From Antedon mediterranea (Eukaryota; Animalia; Echinodermata): a stretch of DNA of 64,000 bases. Location: the NCBI RefSeq assembly GCF_964355755.1, contig NC_092674.1, forward strand, positions 13,082,001 through 13,146,000. The letters run 5' to 3'. Of this stretch, positions 11,651 to 23,344 are shown one piece after another (positions within the stretch are counted from its first letter, which is position 1; each line of letters opens with the position of its first letter). Under the pieces are notes generated by a model, which saw only the letters and a list, made by a program, of their open reading frames with translations, searched no databases and was not told where the DNA came from. Made by a program: the position numbers and the translations under genes.

Positions 11651-13580
11651 ATGGAGTCGTCTATGGGCCTAGACGAAACATTAATCCTCCTTGTACAAGA
11701 AAATGAGGTGCTGTTCAACAAATCTGACGCGAATTATAAAAATGTAATTAAAAAAAAAGATATATGGAATGCAATTGGCGTAGAGATTGGTTTGACAGGT
11801 AGGCATAACATAATTTGTTCCCATTTGGATTGGTCACCTACTACTAGGGCCTACTAGGCTAGCTAGGCCTAGCCTACTGTAGTTAGGCCTAACTAGGCTA
11901 GGCTAGGTAGGCCTAGGCTACTAGGCTAGGTAGGTAGGCCCGAGGAGATACATAGCCTGGCCCCCTATGCCAGACTAGACCGCCTGTGCTACATAGGCCT
12001 AGGCTAGTCTCATATAGGCCTAGTATTAAAGCATATAGCATAGGGCCTAGCTAGCTAGGCTAGTAGCTAGCTATACTGGCTATGAGGACCTAGGCTAGCC
12101 TAGCTAGGCCTAGAGTAATAGGGCCTAGGTAGATTATCTAGGCCTACTAGGCCTAAACTAAACCTCATCCTAATAATTTAATTATTTAGGATATTACTAC
12201 TACTACTAGCCTAGCTAGGCTAGGCCTAGCCTACCTACTAGCTAGGCCTCTAGGCTTACTGTACTAGCTAGGAGCCTATCCTACTACTAGATAGAGGCCT
12301 TGATCCTAGGCCTACTAGCCTAGGCTAGATAGTACCTAGCTAGCCTAGGCATACCTTAGCATATTCCTAGCTGCTAGGTAGGCCTCCTATGCCTAGTACT
12401 ACTTAGTACTAGGCTAGGCTAGACTAAGGCTAGTCCTAGACTAGCCTAGAGGAGGCCGCCTACCCTAGATGCCCTCTAGGCCTAGGTAAGGCTAGCTAGG
12501 CCTAGCTACTAGCTAGGCTAATTAATAAGACTAGTAGGCCTACTACTATGCCTAATAATTATTAATAGGCTAGTCACTGAGTGGGCCTAGCTACCTATCC
12601 TAGAGGCAAGCTAGCCTAGCTATTCCTAAGTACCTAACTAGTAGCTAAAACCCTAATAATAGCCTAAGGGTCCTGTTACTACTAGTTACTAGAGTGAATA
12701 CTAAAGTAAAATAAATCTAAAAAGTTTTTATCCTATAACTATATAGCCTAGTATAACCATCTATGCTGCCTTAAGCCCGGCGCACACTAGAGCTTCTGGC
12801 TGAGCCAACTGCCACGAGTAACACTTGCCTCACAGTGTGCGCCGGGGATTTCGTGAGGAATTGGCCACGCGTGCCGCTGAGGAAAATATCTATCGTGTTT
12901 AATATTTTTTGGCACGCGTGCCATTTTCCTCAAGTGTGCGCCGAACGTGAGCTTCCTGCTCACTAAAAAATTCCACTGCGCATGACATTTTCTGATTTAT
13001 TATGATATTTCAGCGCGTGCCGTATAGCGTAGTAAGTAATTATCCAATCAGAAAATCGCGTACTGTAGGCGTTTAGTGTGCGTCCGATAGAACGCGATCA
13101 CAGTTTGCGGCAAATTTTTTAGTGAGCCAAGTGTTACTCGTGCCAGTTGGCTCAGCCGAAAGCTCTAGTGTGCGCCGGGCCTTACTTTCACACGTCCAAT
13201 CAAATGACGTCATGATTAGTAAGAGCAATAATATAAGAACGATTTTATTGTGTTTATTGATCATGACGTTAATATTTTAGTGTATTTTTAAAATTAATTT
13301 TTTTATCAAAGACAGCATAGATGATTATCCTATAATGCTAGAATGAAAACTTTTCAAATTTCTTTTGTTTTATGTAAAAGTTATTCCTTTGTAAATGTTT
13401 TGCCATTGTCAGGTAGCGTACTGTAGCAGGATACACATTCAGTGGGGTTTATATTTACCACCTATATGCCTAGGTATAATAATAATATATTATATTAGTA
13501 TTACTGAATGTGTATCCTATAAGGCCCGGCTACAGTACGCTACCTGACAATGGCGAAACATAACCATTTATAAAGTAATA

Positions 13581-13671
<91 letters not shown>

Positions 13672-14517
13672 GGATTTTGTTTCCTTCGCAGGTGATGAAG
13701 CCCAAAAAAAATGGGGTAATATCAGGGATGCTTTCATGAATAGCAAGCGGAAAAAACAAAAAAGTGGTGATGAGGCCAAACAATCAAAAGCATATAAGTA
13801 TGCAAACATCCTTGGGTTTTTGGACCCTTTCTTAAAATCTAGGGAGTAAGTTGAAATTTGTTTTCTTTCTGTAACTTTAAGTTAATTGTTTTTTTTTAAA
13901 TTATTCATTTATCGTAATAACAAAATATTCACATGCTGAAGTATATCATGAAATAGATATTTGTTAATTCACTGTTTTTTGTTATCACATTTTACTGTAT
14001 TCAAGGTATTTAATTCATGTAGGCCTACAGGAAATTTATTTTAGAAACAATAAGTTCTACACCACATGGACAGAAAACAAAGTTGATTTTCTATGTACAT
14101 TGACTGATTTAATTGTTTATATTATTAGACTGTAGCCCACTGTACATACTGAAAGACAATTCTGTACATAAATGCAAACTATCATCAGTCTACTCTGGAT
14201 TTACATACTTTACTAATGTATACTTTCATTATCAATTTACAGTATATAGAACATCCACTAATCTTAATGAAGACGTAGAAAGTAAACAATCCAGCAGCAG
14301 CACAAAAAGACCAATGAAAACAGATGCTGTTGATGAAGCAATAGCAGAGTTAATTGCTAAAAAGAAAAAAACCGAAAAGAACGATGTAGATTTATTTTTT
14401 TGTGCTATGGCAGAGACAACAAAATCATTCCCCAAGAGGCAGCAAATCGAAGTTAAACGTAAAATTCAGCAACTTGTATCAGAAATAGAAATTGAGTTAC
14501 TTGCGGATGAAGAATGA
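11651..14517 (+). CDS. Harbinger MADF (Myb/SANT-like) plus BESS DNA-binding protein, join(11651..11798,13692..13845,14250..14517), ~189 aa
   Basis: LILLVQENEVLFN..YKN..KKDIW...KKWGNIRDAF...YKYANILGFL MADF motifs; C-terminal DVDLFFCAMAETTKSF...KRKIQQLV BESS-like; GT-AG introns give a continuous frame. Confidence 0.87.
11840..12720. repeat. Aperiodic low-complexity tract of TAGGCCTA/TAGCTA/TACTA words in intron 1 of the MADF gene
   Basis: Dense ctag/aggcct motifs with no fixed period. Confidence 0.85.
12774..13181. mobile_element. Harbinger-type (Tourist-like) MITE
   Basis: TIR (a/g)gcccggcgcacactagagctt...; TTA TSD at 12771-12773 and 13182-13184. Confidence 0.85.
13581..13671. repeat. (TAC)n microsatellite, about 30 units
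   Basis: Perfect trinucleotide run. Confidence 0.98.
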
Positions 14518-14579
14518 ACACTTTAATAATTATCACATTTTGAAATGATTGAAATCTGTCAGCTATTTTAATATTTTAA

Positions 14580-15007
14580 AGACCCATTTCCTACGTTTTT
14601 TAGGTCTAATTTGAGATCACAAACTATATTTAATGTAAAAATAATACTATATGGTTCTATTGCGATAACTTTTTTCATCTTTAAATGATTAAAAATGTGA
14701 AAAATAAGTTGATTCTAATAATTATAGCGGCTCGCTATAAATCCCAAAATGCATTGCGCGCGGATTGATATTTTTTTGTTTTCCCAATTTGTAACAACGG
14801 AGTCTGGCAAAAATTGAAAGACAATTAATGCAGCAACTATTCCGTCCCTTCGACGCGAGCTAATTAGGTAGTGCATTGTTTCTCACTTTTTATCACAATT
14901 TACCATAAAACGTACATTTAAGACAAGGAATGACCTGGTTTAATGTTTTTAAAGTAATATATATGTATTATTTTTACAAAACGTCACAAATTGTAGGGAA
15001 GGTGTCT
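14580..15007. mobile_element. Kolobok-type MITE (family of 25220-25845), between the two Harbinger genes
   Basis: TTAA on both sides, AG...CT termini, reverse-complement similarity to 25220-25845. Confidence 0.8.
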
Positions 15008-15190
15008 TTAACTATAACACACCTAAGCGCCATTTGATATTTTAATTTCACTTTACTTTTAAATAACGTTAGTTCAGTTTTTTGTAAAAAGTTTTTCATG
15101 TGAGGTTGTTGAGGCGAAATCAAATTGAAGTAAAATTAAAACTTAATTTTTATAATGCACATTTATATAAGAAAATTGCAGTTTGATATT

Positions 15191-17331
15191 TTACGGCATG
15201 CTAGTCTGTATCTGTGCAGTTCCAAAACAGCTTGATCTCTGCCATGGTACTTGACCTTGCTCTGAATTAAAGTATTCTTTAAACTTGTCTCTAACTACCA
15301 ATGCATCAATAGATGCCCTGTTTCCAGTTGCCTGTAGATTTTGCAATGCTCCTGCTTCTGGCAGTGTTGGAAATTCTTCACTATGAATTTGAAATGCAGC
15401 ACTTCCTGTTTGTGTCTTGCGCATGTAGTTGTGAAGCACACATGTAGCTTTTACAACCTGTAATCCAGATAATCAAGACCTTAGTAAAAGGACAATAAAT
15501 GCCATTTTTAGAGTTTGTTCCATAATTTTGATTATTGTTATTATAGGCCCATACCAATATTCTAGTTAGTCTCATTACCTTGTCTACATTGTCAGGTTGC
15601 AGTTGAATTTTGCGTTGATATATTTGAAATATTGTCGCCATAATACCAAATGTATTTTCTGAAATTCTGCGTGCTCTTGAGTGGCGGTAGTTGTAAATCC
15701 TTTTGGATTCATCAAGGTTTTTGCCTGGGAATGGCCGCATTATATTTCTCCTTAATGGAAAGGCTTCATCACCAACAATAACATGGGGTAATGCTTGGTT
15801 GATGCCTGGTATTTCATTGTCGGCTGGAATATTTAATGTTCCACTGTCCATAGCTTGTCCAAGCTGACTGTGAGCAAATATTCCTCCATCACTGATAAGT
15901 AACAATAACATTGTTGTATATAATTTTAATAGGACACAAGATAGACCTATGATGCATTAGAAAAAAATAAATGTTTTATTGCTATTTGGGATTGTCAATT
16001 GCATTTATATCATTTATATGTTGGTTCACCAATAGCCTGTCAATGACATATTAAATACATGAGTACGGATTTAGTAACGGTACTAAGTAGGAACTAATAT
16101 AAAAATATTCGATGGTTTAAAGAACATAATTAAACATTACCTATTTGATCCGTATGCTCCTATATCGACTGCGGTAAAACAGTAGTCTGCATCTACAAGG
16201 GCCAACAAAACGATAGAAAACGACCCCTTGTAATTGAAAAACAAACTGCCTGACTTGTTAGGGGCTTTGATGTATATATGCTTTCCGTCAATTGCCCCTA
16301 TGCAGTTTGGGTATTGCCATCGCCTATTAAAACTGTCGGCAATCTGCCTCCATTGTTGTTCACTCGGCGATGACATATATATAGGTTGGAGACGCCTCCA
16401 CAGACTTAAGCAAACTTCGTTTACAATGGTTGACACGGTAGCCTTTCCCATACGGAAACTGAAACCTATAGTTTTATAGGAATCTCCGGTGGCCAAGAAC
16501 CTGAAAATTAAACATAACAATAATGCTATAGATTAATCTCATAACAGAAACTTTTGTCAATGTGAAGCTTTACCAAAAAAGAAAAAAGGTCGGATCATAA
16601 CTTAACTCTAGTGTGATGCAGTTTTCCTGCTTTATTTGAGTATAAGGATCCAGATCCAGACCTCTGTGTCAACAACAACAAAGACATTTTTCGTACACTA
16701 AATTTTTCTTCCATATTGCATTTCTTACATTCTTTTTGAATTAGGCCTATGTTATGCTTTTTAATTTTATTAAACAGTTGTAAATAATGTCAATTCAATA
16801 TTTCATTTTCATTGCTTTATAATATTAGCGACACAAGACGAGTCGAAACTTAATTGACTTGGGTATAATGCTCAACTACGGTAATGACACTGTGACTGTG
16901 TTGCATGTGAACTTACTAAACTAGGCCTAGGCCAGCTACCGTACATCATGTGAGTTTTTTCTAGTGTATACTACCTAGGCTAGGCCTATAAAGTTTGTTT
17001 TTTTTAAGAAATTGAAATATACTTACCTCAAGCATACTGCCAGCCTTTGTTCGATAGAAATACTTGGTCTAAATTGGGTAGTTTCTTTTGCGATATCGTC
17101 TGTGATTAGTTCTAGGATTTCATAAAAGCCTTGTGGGGATACTCGGAAATAACTATGAAATTTGTCTTCATAACAAATAAGTTCGGGAAAAAGCGTATGG
17201 AATTCACCATAAGTCTCTCTTGATTGATTTATGGGGTGAACCCATAAATTTCGATCTCTTTTTTTCAGTTGACACCTTTTTTTATATAGCAGAAGGCATA
17301 ACAAATAATCGTCGTCTTCTGAGTCCGTCAT
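15191..17331 (-). CDS. Harbinger DDE transposase (DDE_Tnp_4/HARBI1-like), complement(join(15191..15457,15579..15891,16141..16500,17027..17331)), ~414 aa
   Basis: LWVHPIN, LRFLATGDSY, GAIDGKH, GSNSDGGIF, VGDEAFPL, RRISENTFG, CVLHNY; exon phases 2/2/0 splice into an uninterrupted frame. Confidence 0.92.
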
Positions 17332-17477
17332 GATTGTGAAACAAAAGGCAAACGTCACGCGCGTACGTCGCGAGTCATAGAACGATAAAATCGTTGTAGT
17401 GTAAACGCGACACGGCGTTAAAACTATTATCGTGTACAATATATAGTTATAGTTATCGTCGTAGTATAAACAGGCCT

Positions 17478-17837
17478 TAAGACTGAAAGAACACCAAAAA
17501 GACACTGAAACGGTCACCGATCGTAAATACACTCGGGCAACAAGAAAGGAATCAACATCCGAAATCCACAAATCCGCCATCACAGACCATGCAGCGCAAG
17601 AAAACCATCATCGATTGGGATGGGGCAAACATTCTTGACAGAGACTCTAACCCATTCAAGCGTAGAATCAGAGAGGCAATCCAAATCAGAAAGAGGGGGA
17701 CTAACGCAATCAACCGCGACGAAGGGGCTGTATATCTCGATCACGTATACACATCACTGCTACGAAAAAGTATGACGTCACCTAGAAACAATAACAACAG
17801 ATTTCCAGGAAGTAGTAGTGGACCGGATCACTTGTGA
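17478..17837 (+). pseudogene. C-terminal part of the Penelope-like GIY-YIG endonuclease
   Basis: Rejoins as GETGRQFGV-RLKEHQKD...SAITDHA...IDWD...RRIREAIQI...INRDEG; 2-bp deletion near 17608 relative to the inverted copy. Confidence 0.9.
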
Positions 17838-17877
17838 TCAAGCCATCAGCCAAGATGGCGAAAGCTAAAGAATGTGA
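17828..17877 (+). ncRNA. Hammerhead ribozyme motif copy (3' pLTR)
   Basis: Identical to 9085-9134; the ORF stop codon TGA (17835-17837) lies in the core. Confidence 0.72.
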
Positions 17878-18624
17878 GTAATTTCTTTTGGATTTGTCAA
17901 ACAAAATGATTTATTTAATAACACTAGGTATATTACCCGGATCGTTATATGTTGGGTTTTGTACATAAGCGTCTTGCCCGGGTCTCTGGTTTCTATCAAG
18001 AACCATTCATATACACTCACTGGAAGGTGAGAGAGCAAAGCAAACGAATCTAGTTATTATAAATACGCTAACATTTACCTCATGGAGGACATTTAGCTCG
18101 TAGTATCATGAACGTGCGCATATAGCGCATCGTGGTGTTAAGCCGAATCAAAATATTAGTGAAACGCGTAATAACATTGCAGTAATTATTAATTCAAAAA
18201 TTTAATGAAAATATAATCAAACAAAACAACTGTTCTGGAAGTTGTTTAAGGGTTATGTTAAAAGATCGACTACGATTTATTTTTAAACAATGTTAATATA
18301 TGTTTTGGTATCGGAATATGTCATATTTTCGATGAATTAAATACACTTATTTTGATAGCTAAAAGATTTATATTCAACTGTAACATTAAAGAAGACCCAC
18401 TGTATTTTAATAAATTTAAAGTCATTGTTAAAAGAAATATTGAAATAGAAACAAATGTTGATTTGTAAATGATAATATGCATACAACCTAAATGAACAAA
18501 TTAGGAGTATAGTCTACCTTTTAACTACCATGATATGTATAAATGTTTGTTTGATTGTGTTTTGTTTTGTATCTTGTTGTTGAGAACCATTTTTTTGTCT
18601 TGTTGTTACAGCTGGTGGCGCATT

Positions 18625-20516
18625 CAGGGCTCGCAGAATCCTAAAATATTTGGTTGCCCTTCGGGCAAGTAGGTTTTGGATTTTGGTTGCCCTCATCATT
18701 TTTTTACTTGCCCACTATTTTAGCTTAATTTTAACGTTTTATACCGCGACTGCACCGCGAAAAAACGTCGGTGAAAAACGACTATGCTTAATACACTGTG
18801 GTGTTTTTTTCGATGGATTTTAAAGTAGTGAAAACAATTTTTCAAATTTTTTCAATTACACAGTGATGTAGGCCGATCTTTTAAGAACATTTTACAGTAA
18901 TTTATTTTCTCATACGATCCTCCGTACAAGAGTTGCGATTGTTTAATTAACATGGTGTCCTGAAATCCCTTGAAAACGCTATGTTATTTCTGTTGGTTAC
19001 GCTTCGTTGCACGGCATTGTTTGTCATCGAACGAAGATGTGTTCCGTTTCGTGAATGAATTCACGTAGGTTCAAAAACGTTTTGCTTCTACAGGTATTGT
19101 GCAATGAAATTTCGAAATCAAGCTATTTTGCGATATTTAAAATGTAGTGGCCTAGACATGGCACTAATTATCTTACAATTATTTAATAGATATATCTAAA
19201 ATATTGCCTATAGAAATGTAGGCCTCCTAGGCCTAAAAAGTTTAAACAAAGTACTTATGAAGGTGATGAGCTTGTAACGCGTTGAAATCATAGAGAAGAA
19301 AAAAAAAACAAACATCAACTGACGTCCGTCTACGTGACGTGAAACAATACGCATGCGTATAGCAAAAAACCTCACAGCAGCTGCCGTAACGTAGTAGGAG
19401 CACATGGGTATGGTGTGTGGAGAGTGCGGGCTTGTGGAAGTTTACTTGTTGTTTCAGTAGAAGCTCGCACAGGTTGGATAAAAACAACCATCTGCTCGCA
19501 CAAGTTGGTGATTGAAAACAACACAAGGGAACTGTGCCGAATTGTGGTGAAAACCACGTGCTCCGCCAAGTTGGAGTTTTTGAAAGTTGAACTCTCGGCG
19601 ATACCCGAAGAAGTGTATTATTTTCAATGTTGATAATAAAAAATATACTGTAACTATTTAAGTATTCAATGTATTTATTAAATAAATTATTAGGCCTATT
19701 AAATTTATATTCTGTAATATTTATAAAAAAAATGGTAGGCCTACTTGCCTGTGTTAAAAACATCGGCCGCCGCCTATTTGGCACAGACAATTAAAATTAC
19801 GTATCTATTATAATTTAATAATATACTGTATTTTCAATACAACTGTACATTTGAACAATAATTACAGTAATTCAGCAAATTATTTATTACACACAAAATA
19901 CATAACATGAATGTAATTAAACATAGGCCTAATCTACTATCAGGCTGTAGGCCACATAATTAATACTAAGTAGTAGATTCAGATTTTATTACCACCGTAA
20001 AATGATGTCGATAATTGAGAAAAACAAAAACATACTAGCCCCTATTTTATTTGGTTTATAGTATAACTAGGGAGTTGTTAATTAGAAACTCCCTGGTATA
20101 ATAACTTCAAATAAGTTAAAAGCCGAGAGTTCAACGCTTCCTATTTCGCGATCAATGGATGCCGCAAGAGACCGCGTGCTATATGACAGACCTGGAAACT
20201 CTATACGCAACGACTTGATACGCCCGACTGCATAGAAACACATGTTTTGGCTCCTGGAGATAACGTTCCATACCACCGAATTCCGATCCATACATTTACT
20301 TAACAAACACTACACTGGTCTCGACGTCAAGAGAATTCGTTCGTGCGCGACTATTATTTTCATTGTTACAGTTTTTCACAACCCCTGTAAAACATCGTGG
20401 ACATTTTCGGTGATTTTAAGAGGTTGCCCGTCGGGACATGACATGTTAAATTTTAGTTGCCCGACGTATTTATTTGGTTGCCGCGGGACGTCGGGCAAGC
20501 GATTCTGCGAGCCCTG
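18625..20516. mobile_element. Non-autonomous hAT-like element with 5-bp TSD (hAT5-type)
   Basis: TIR CAGGGCTCGCAGAATC; GCATT duplicated at 18620-18624 and 20517-20521; empty site ggtggcgcattgttg near 49382-49396. Confidence 0.85.
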
Positions 20517-20558
20517 GCATTGTTGATTTTTTTTTGGAATTGAAAAAATTAAAAAAAA

Positions 20559-20720
20559 ATATTACAAAGTGCGACAGCAGTTATTACAAAGTGCGACAGG
20601 AGTTATTACAAAGTGTGAGAGCTCGAAGGTTATCACAAAGTGTGACAGTTTTGTCACCATGTGCGCACGACAAGTATTACAAAGTATTATGTGACGATTA
20701 TTACAAAGTGCGACAGTACA
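20559..20720 (+). repeat. Short array of the TTATTACAAAGTGCGACAGCAG-type 22-bp repeat
   Basis: About 3 core units plus dispersed copies; paralogous to 49427-49690. Confidence 0.8.
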
Positions 20721-21188
20721 AAAGGGGGTTTACAGATAGTTATTATATACCTGTATGCGATGTTTTTTTTTTCAAGACAGTTTATCAGGAATCGATCCTA
20801 TTTTTGTTCTTTCTTGAGTTAAGTTTCGGGATCATTAATTTTAAAAATAATAGTTCTTTGGTGAGGTCTTGCTTGGAGGTTTCCAGGTCCCGGGGTTTAA
20901 ATGACCGCGACTTTTAAACTATGATTGGTTGATCTAACTGCCCAATGTCAAGATTAACCTTGAGGCGGTAGCGGTGTTCCGAACCATGTGAGGGGTACAA
21001 CCGTGCAGTTCTCGACAATACAGTAATCCTCGATACAAAGTATGAAATGATATATGACCCGCAATGTGGGTTTGTTCATTTAGGTATGCTATGTACGTCG
21101 GTACGCTCTTTAAATTTTAAAATTAAATATATATTTAATCACATTGAATTATATAGTCACACTTATTATTAATGTTTGTAACACTTAC

Positions 21189-21287
21189 ATTGCTTGGAAG
21201 ATCGAATTTAGCACCAGCCTTGAGCAAAATAGTGCAAACATCTGTGTGGCCGTTTTGTGCAGTGTTATATAAAGGTGACGCTCCATC
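21189..21287 (-). CDS. Ankyrin-repeat exon (DGASPLYNTAQNGHTDVCTILLKAGAKFDLPSN)
   Basis: 99 bp, tttcag/gtaagt splice sites, phase 0/0. Confidence 0.92.
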
Positions 21288-23344
21288 CTGAAACATTACA
21301 AACATGATGTTATAGTAGTTTTCACTCTAAACAAAGTATTAATATTGTACTGAAATCAATACGATCAATTAAAAATAACGTTATGGATTCAAATAATGCT
21401 ACTTTGTTAAATTAAATAAAGATTATTAACCTCTGGTGTTTACTTTAAGATAATGTATTGTATACGTATACATTTGTCTTGTTTGTATAGTATTATTCAT
21501 ATAAGTACTGTACAAATGTAAACCAAATAAGTGTTTCTTTGCTTTTATCAGGTAGTGCTAACGAGTTAAAATTATGATAAAGTGGCGTTTGAACTGGCAG
21601 TTATGACAAAAAATATAATACTAGGATCCAAATTCTGTTCAACTAAATGCTTACTATTGGTTTTGTTTTAGAGTTACTGGACTGGAATAGTTTTTTTTTA
21701 GTTTTTTATTTTTTTTTAAGATGTTTTACTAAATAAATTGATATATCGATTCATATCCATTTAATGTATCATTTGCATAAAATAAATAATGTAGCTCGTA
21801 CAGAACAACACAATACAGAAACAGAAAAGTCACCATTAAAAAAAAATCATTCTCTAACATTCAGTGTTCTAAAGGCAGATGTTAAAACTATTACGGAATC
21901 TATTTGCACGAGGGGTGATGGACCACTTCCTTGAACTTCAAAAATAGTGCATGCAATAGGTTGGGTCTTGTAAAATCGAATGTGTTTTCTTAGTGTAAGG
22001 ATGTGGACGACAACAGTACAAAAGGAAAAAAACACGCCTTTTATCACTTTTACCACGGTCCGGTGGTGTATTTGGTTTTAATTTGTTTTTAGCATAACAA
22101 TAGAGATCAGTATGGTCCTGAAAACCACAAAATAAATACAATGAGAAACAAAAGTAAATAATATTCTAAAATACAAGCTAATTCTTAGTAACGACCTCAA
22201 CTTAACAGGCGACTCTAATAAAAAGGTTTCTCTCTGAGGACTGCGACTATTACATCAAACGGCACGTCTACCTAAACAGCCTCTGTATACTTTGTTAAAG
22301 TATACAAATACCTAATTAATTACCTACACAATTACATCATAAGTGCCTGAATATTACTAGAATAAATGCATGTTGGAATTTACTCACACTATTTGAATAC
22401 TAAACTTAGTCTATTCATTGAATCAAGGAGTTATAATCTTAGGTTTGCGTAAAATATAATAAACAATAACAAATCCATGGGCGCAGCCATTTTGTATGAT
22501 AAATAGAGGGCGCACTACATGACGATCTATCACGGTATCACATGGTAGCCTCGTGTGTACAAATTAATCAAGTGTGAACTGTAGGAATAGGATGAACTAT
22601 TTTATACAAACTGTTAACTAGAAATTATCTTCTACTGTATAAACTAAATATTACTAAATCTATCTAAACATAATTTGTTAATACAAAGAAGGTTTATCAC
22701 AAAAGTATATATTATAACATTATATGGCATAAAATCCTAGTTCCAAGATTGTAACACAATACTATTCAATAGGCTTCCTAACTGCACATTCCATGAGTCA
22801 AGGTTAAACCCAAAACAAAAGGTCTAGGCCTATGAATGTAATCATCTTAAAATACAACATTAATGTTTCTTAAGCATAACAGAATCTTTTAAATGTATAA
22901 CAAAATAATATATGTACAATGTAGAGTAATTACCTTTTAATCAGATCTTTAATAATTACATAAGAGACAAAACTATCTGCTTCCTTGACCGGTTCATGAA
23001 TACAAAAGAAAGCAAATCATTTGAAAAAGACTGTTACAATTATAGGAGGCAGTAACACCTATAGGGGGCAGTATTTAATTATCACATGATTAGAATAATC
23101 CCCACATTAGTAAAGTACTAATGATTCAAATTGAGATCTGCTTGAGATCTGCTCTGCTCGTTTGAGTTCATACGTGTCCTTTTGTGCCATTTTGATACCC
23201 TTACCCTTAATTGGTCGTGCCATTTAAGATCACTAGTGATTTATTTACAATCTCATCTTCAGAGTGGGTACCGTATTAATTTCATATTGTCACGATATTA
23301 CTGCCCGACACAAACACAAACTAGTAATAATAATAAGTAGCCAA

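Larger units (their letters stand above)
11389..17477. mobile_element. PIF/Harbinger DNA transposon, apparently autonomous
   Basis: 36-bp perfect TIR AGGCCTGTTTATACTACGACGATAACTATAACTATA; TAA TSD at 11386-11388 and 17478-17480; two convergent spliced genes. Confidence 0.96.
8534..17915 (+). mobile_element. Penelope-like retroelement with inverted 5' segment and pseudo-LTRs, interrupted by a Harbinger transposon
   Basis: RT plus GIY-YIG ORF. 8534-8987 is an inverted copy of the 3' end; direct pLTRs at ~9001-9209 and ~17744-17915; 12-14 bp TSD (t)aataacactagg(t) at ~8520-8533 and ~17916-17929; empty paralogous site at 48596-48609. Confidence 0.95.

Noticed and set aside
13398-13560. ~28-bp inverted repeat as a structured RNA
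   Set aside because: More simply a small MITE remnant in the Harbinger intron; no other support.
13568-13783. Poly-valine ORF
   Set aside because: Translation of the (TAC)n microsatellite, antisense to MADF exon 2.
17332-17583. N-terminal extension of ORF 17023..17583, and the shared peptide KACLYYDDNYNY that also ends ORF 9732..11432
   Set aside because: Read-through into the Harbinger TIR and flanking Penelope sequence, not a real fusion protein.
20474-20917. ORFs 20474..20917, 49320..49616, 49436..49786 and 53296..53541 as proteins
   Set aside because: Repetitive translations of tandem or subterminal repeats.
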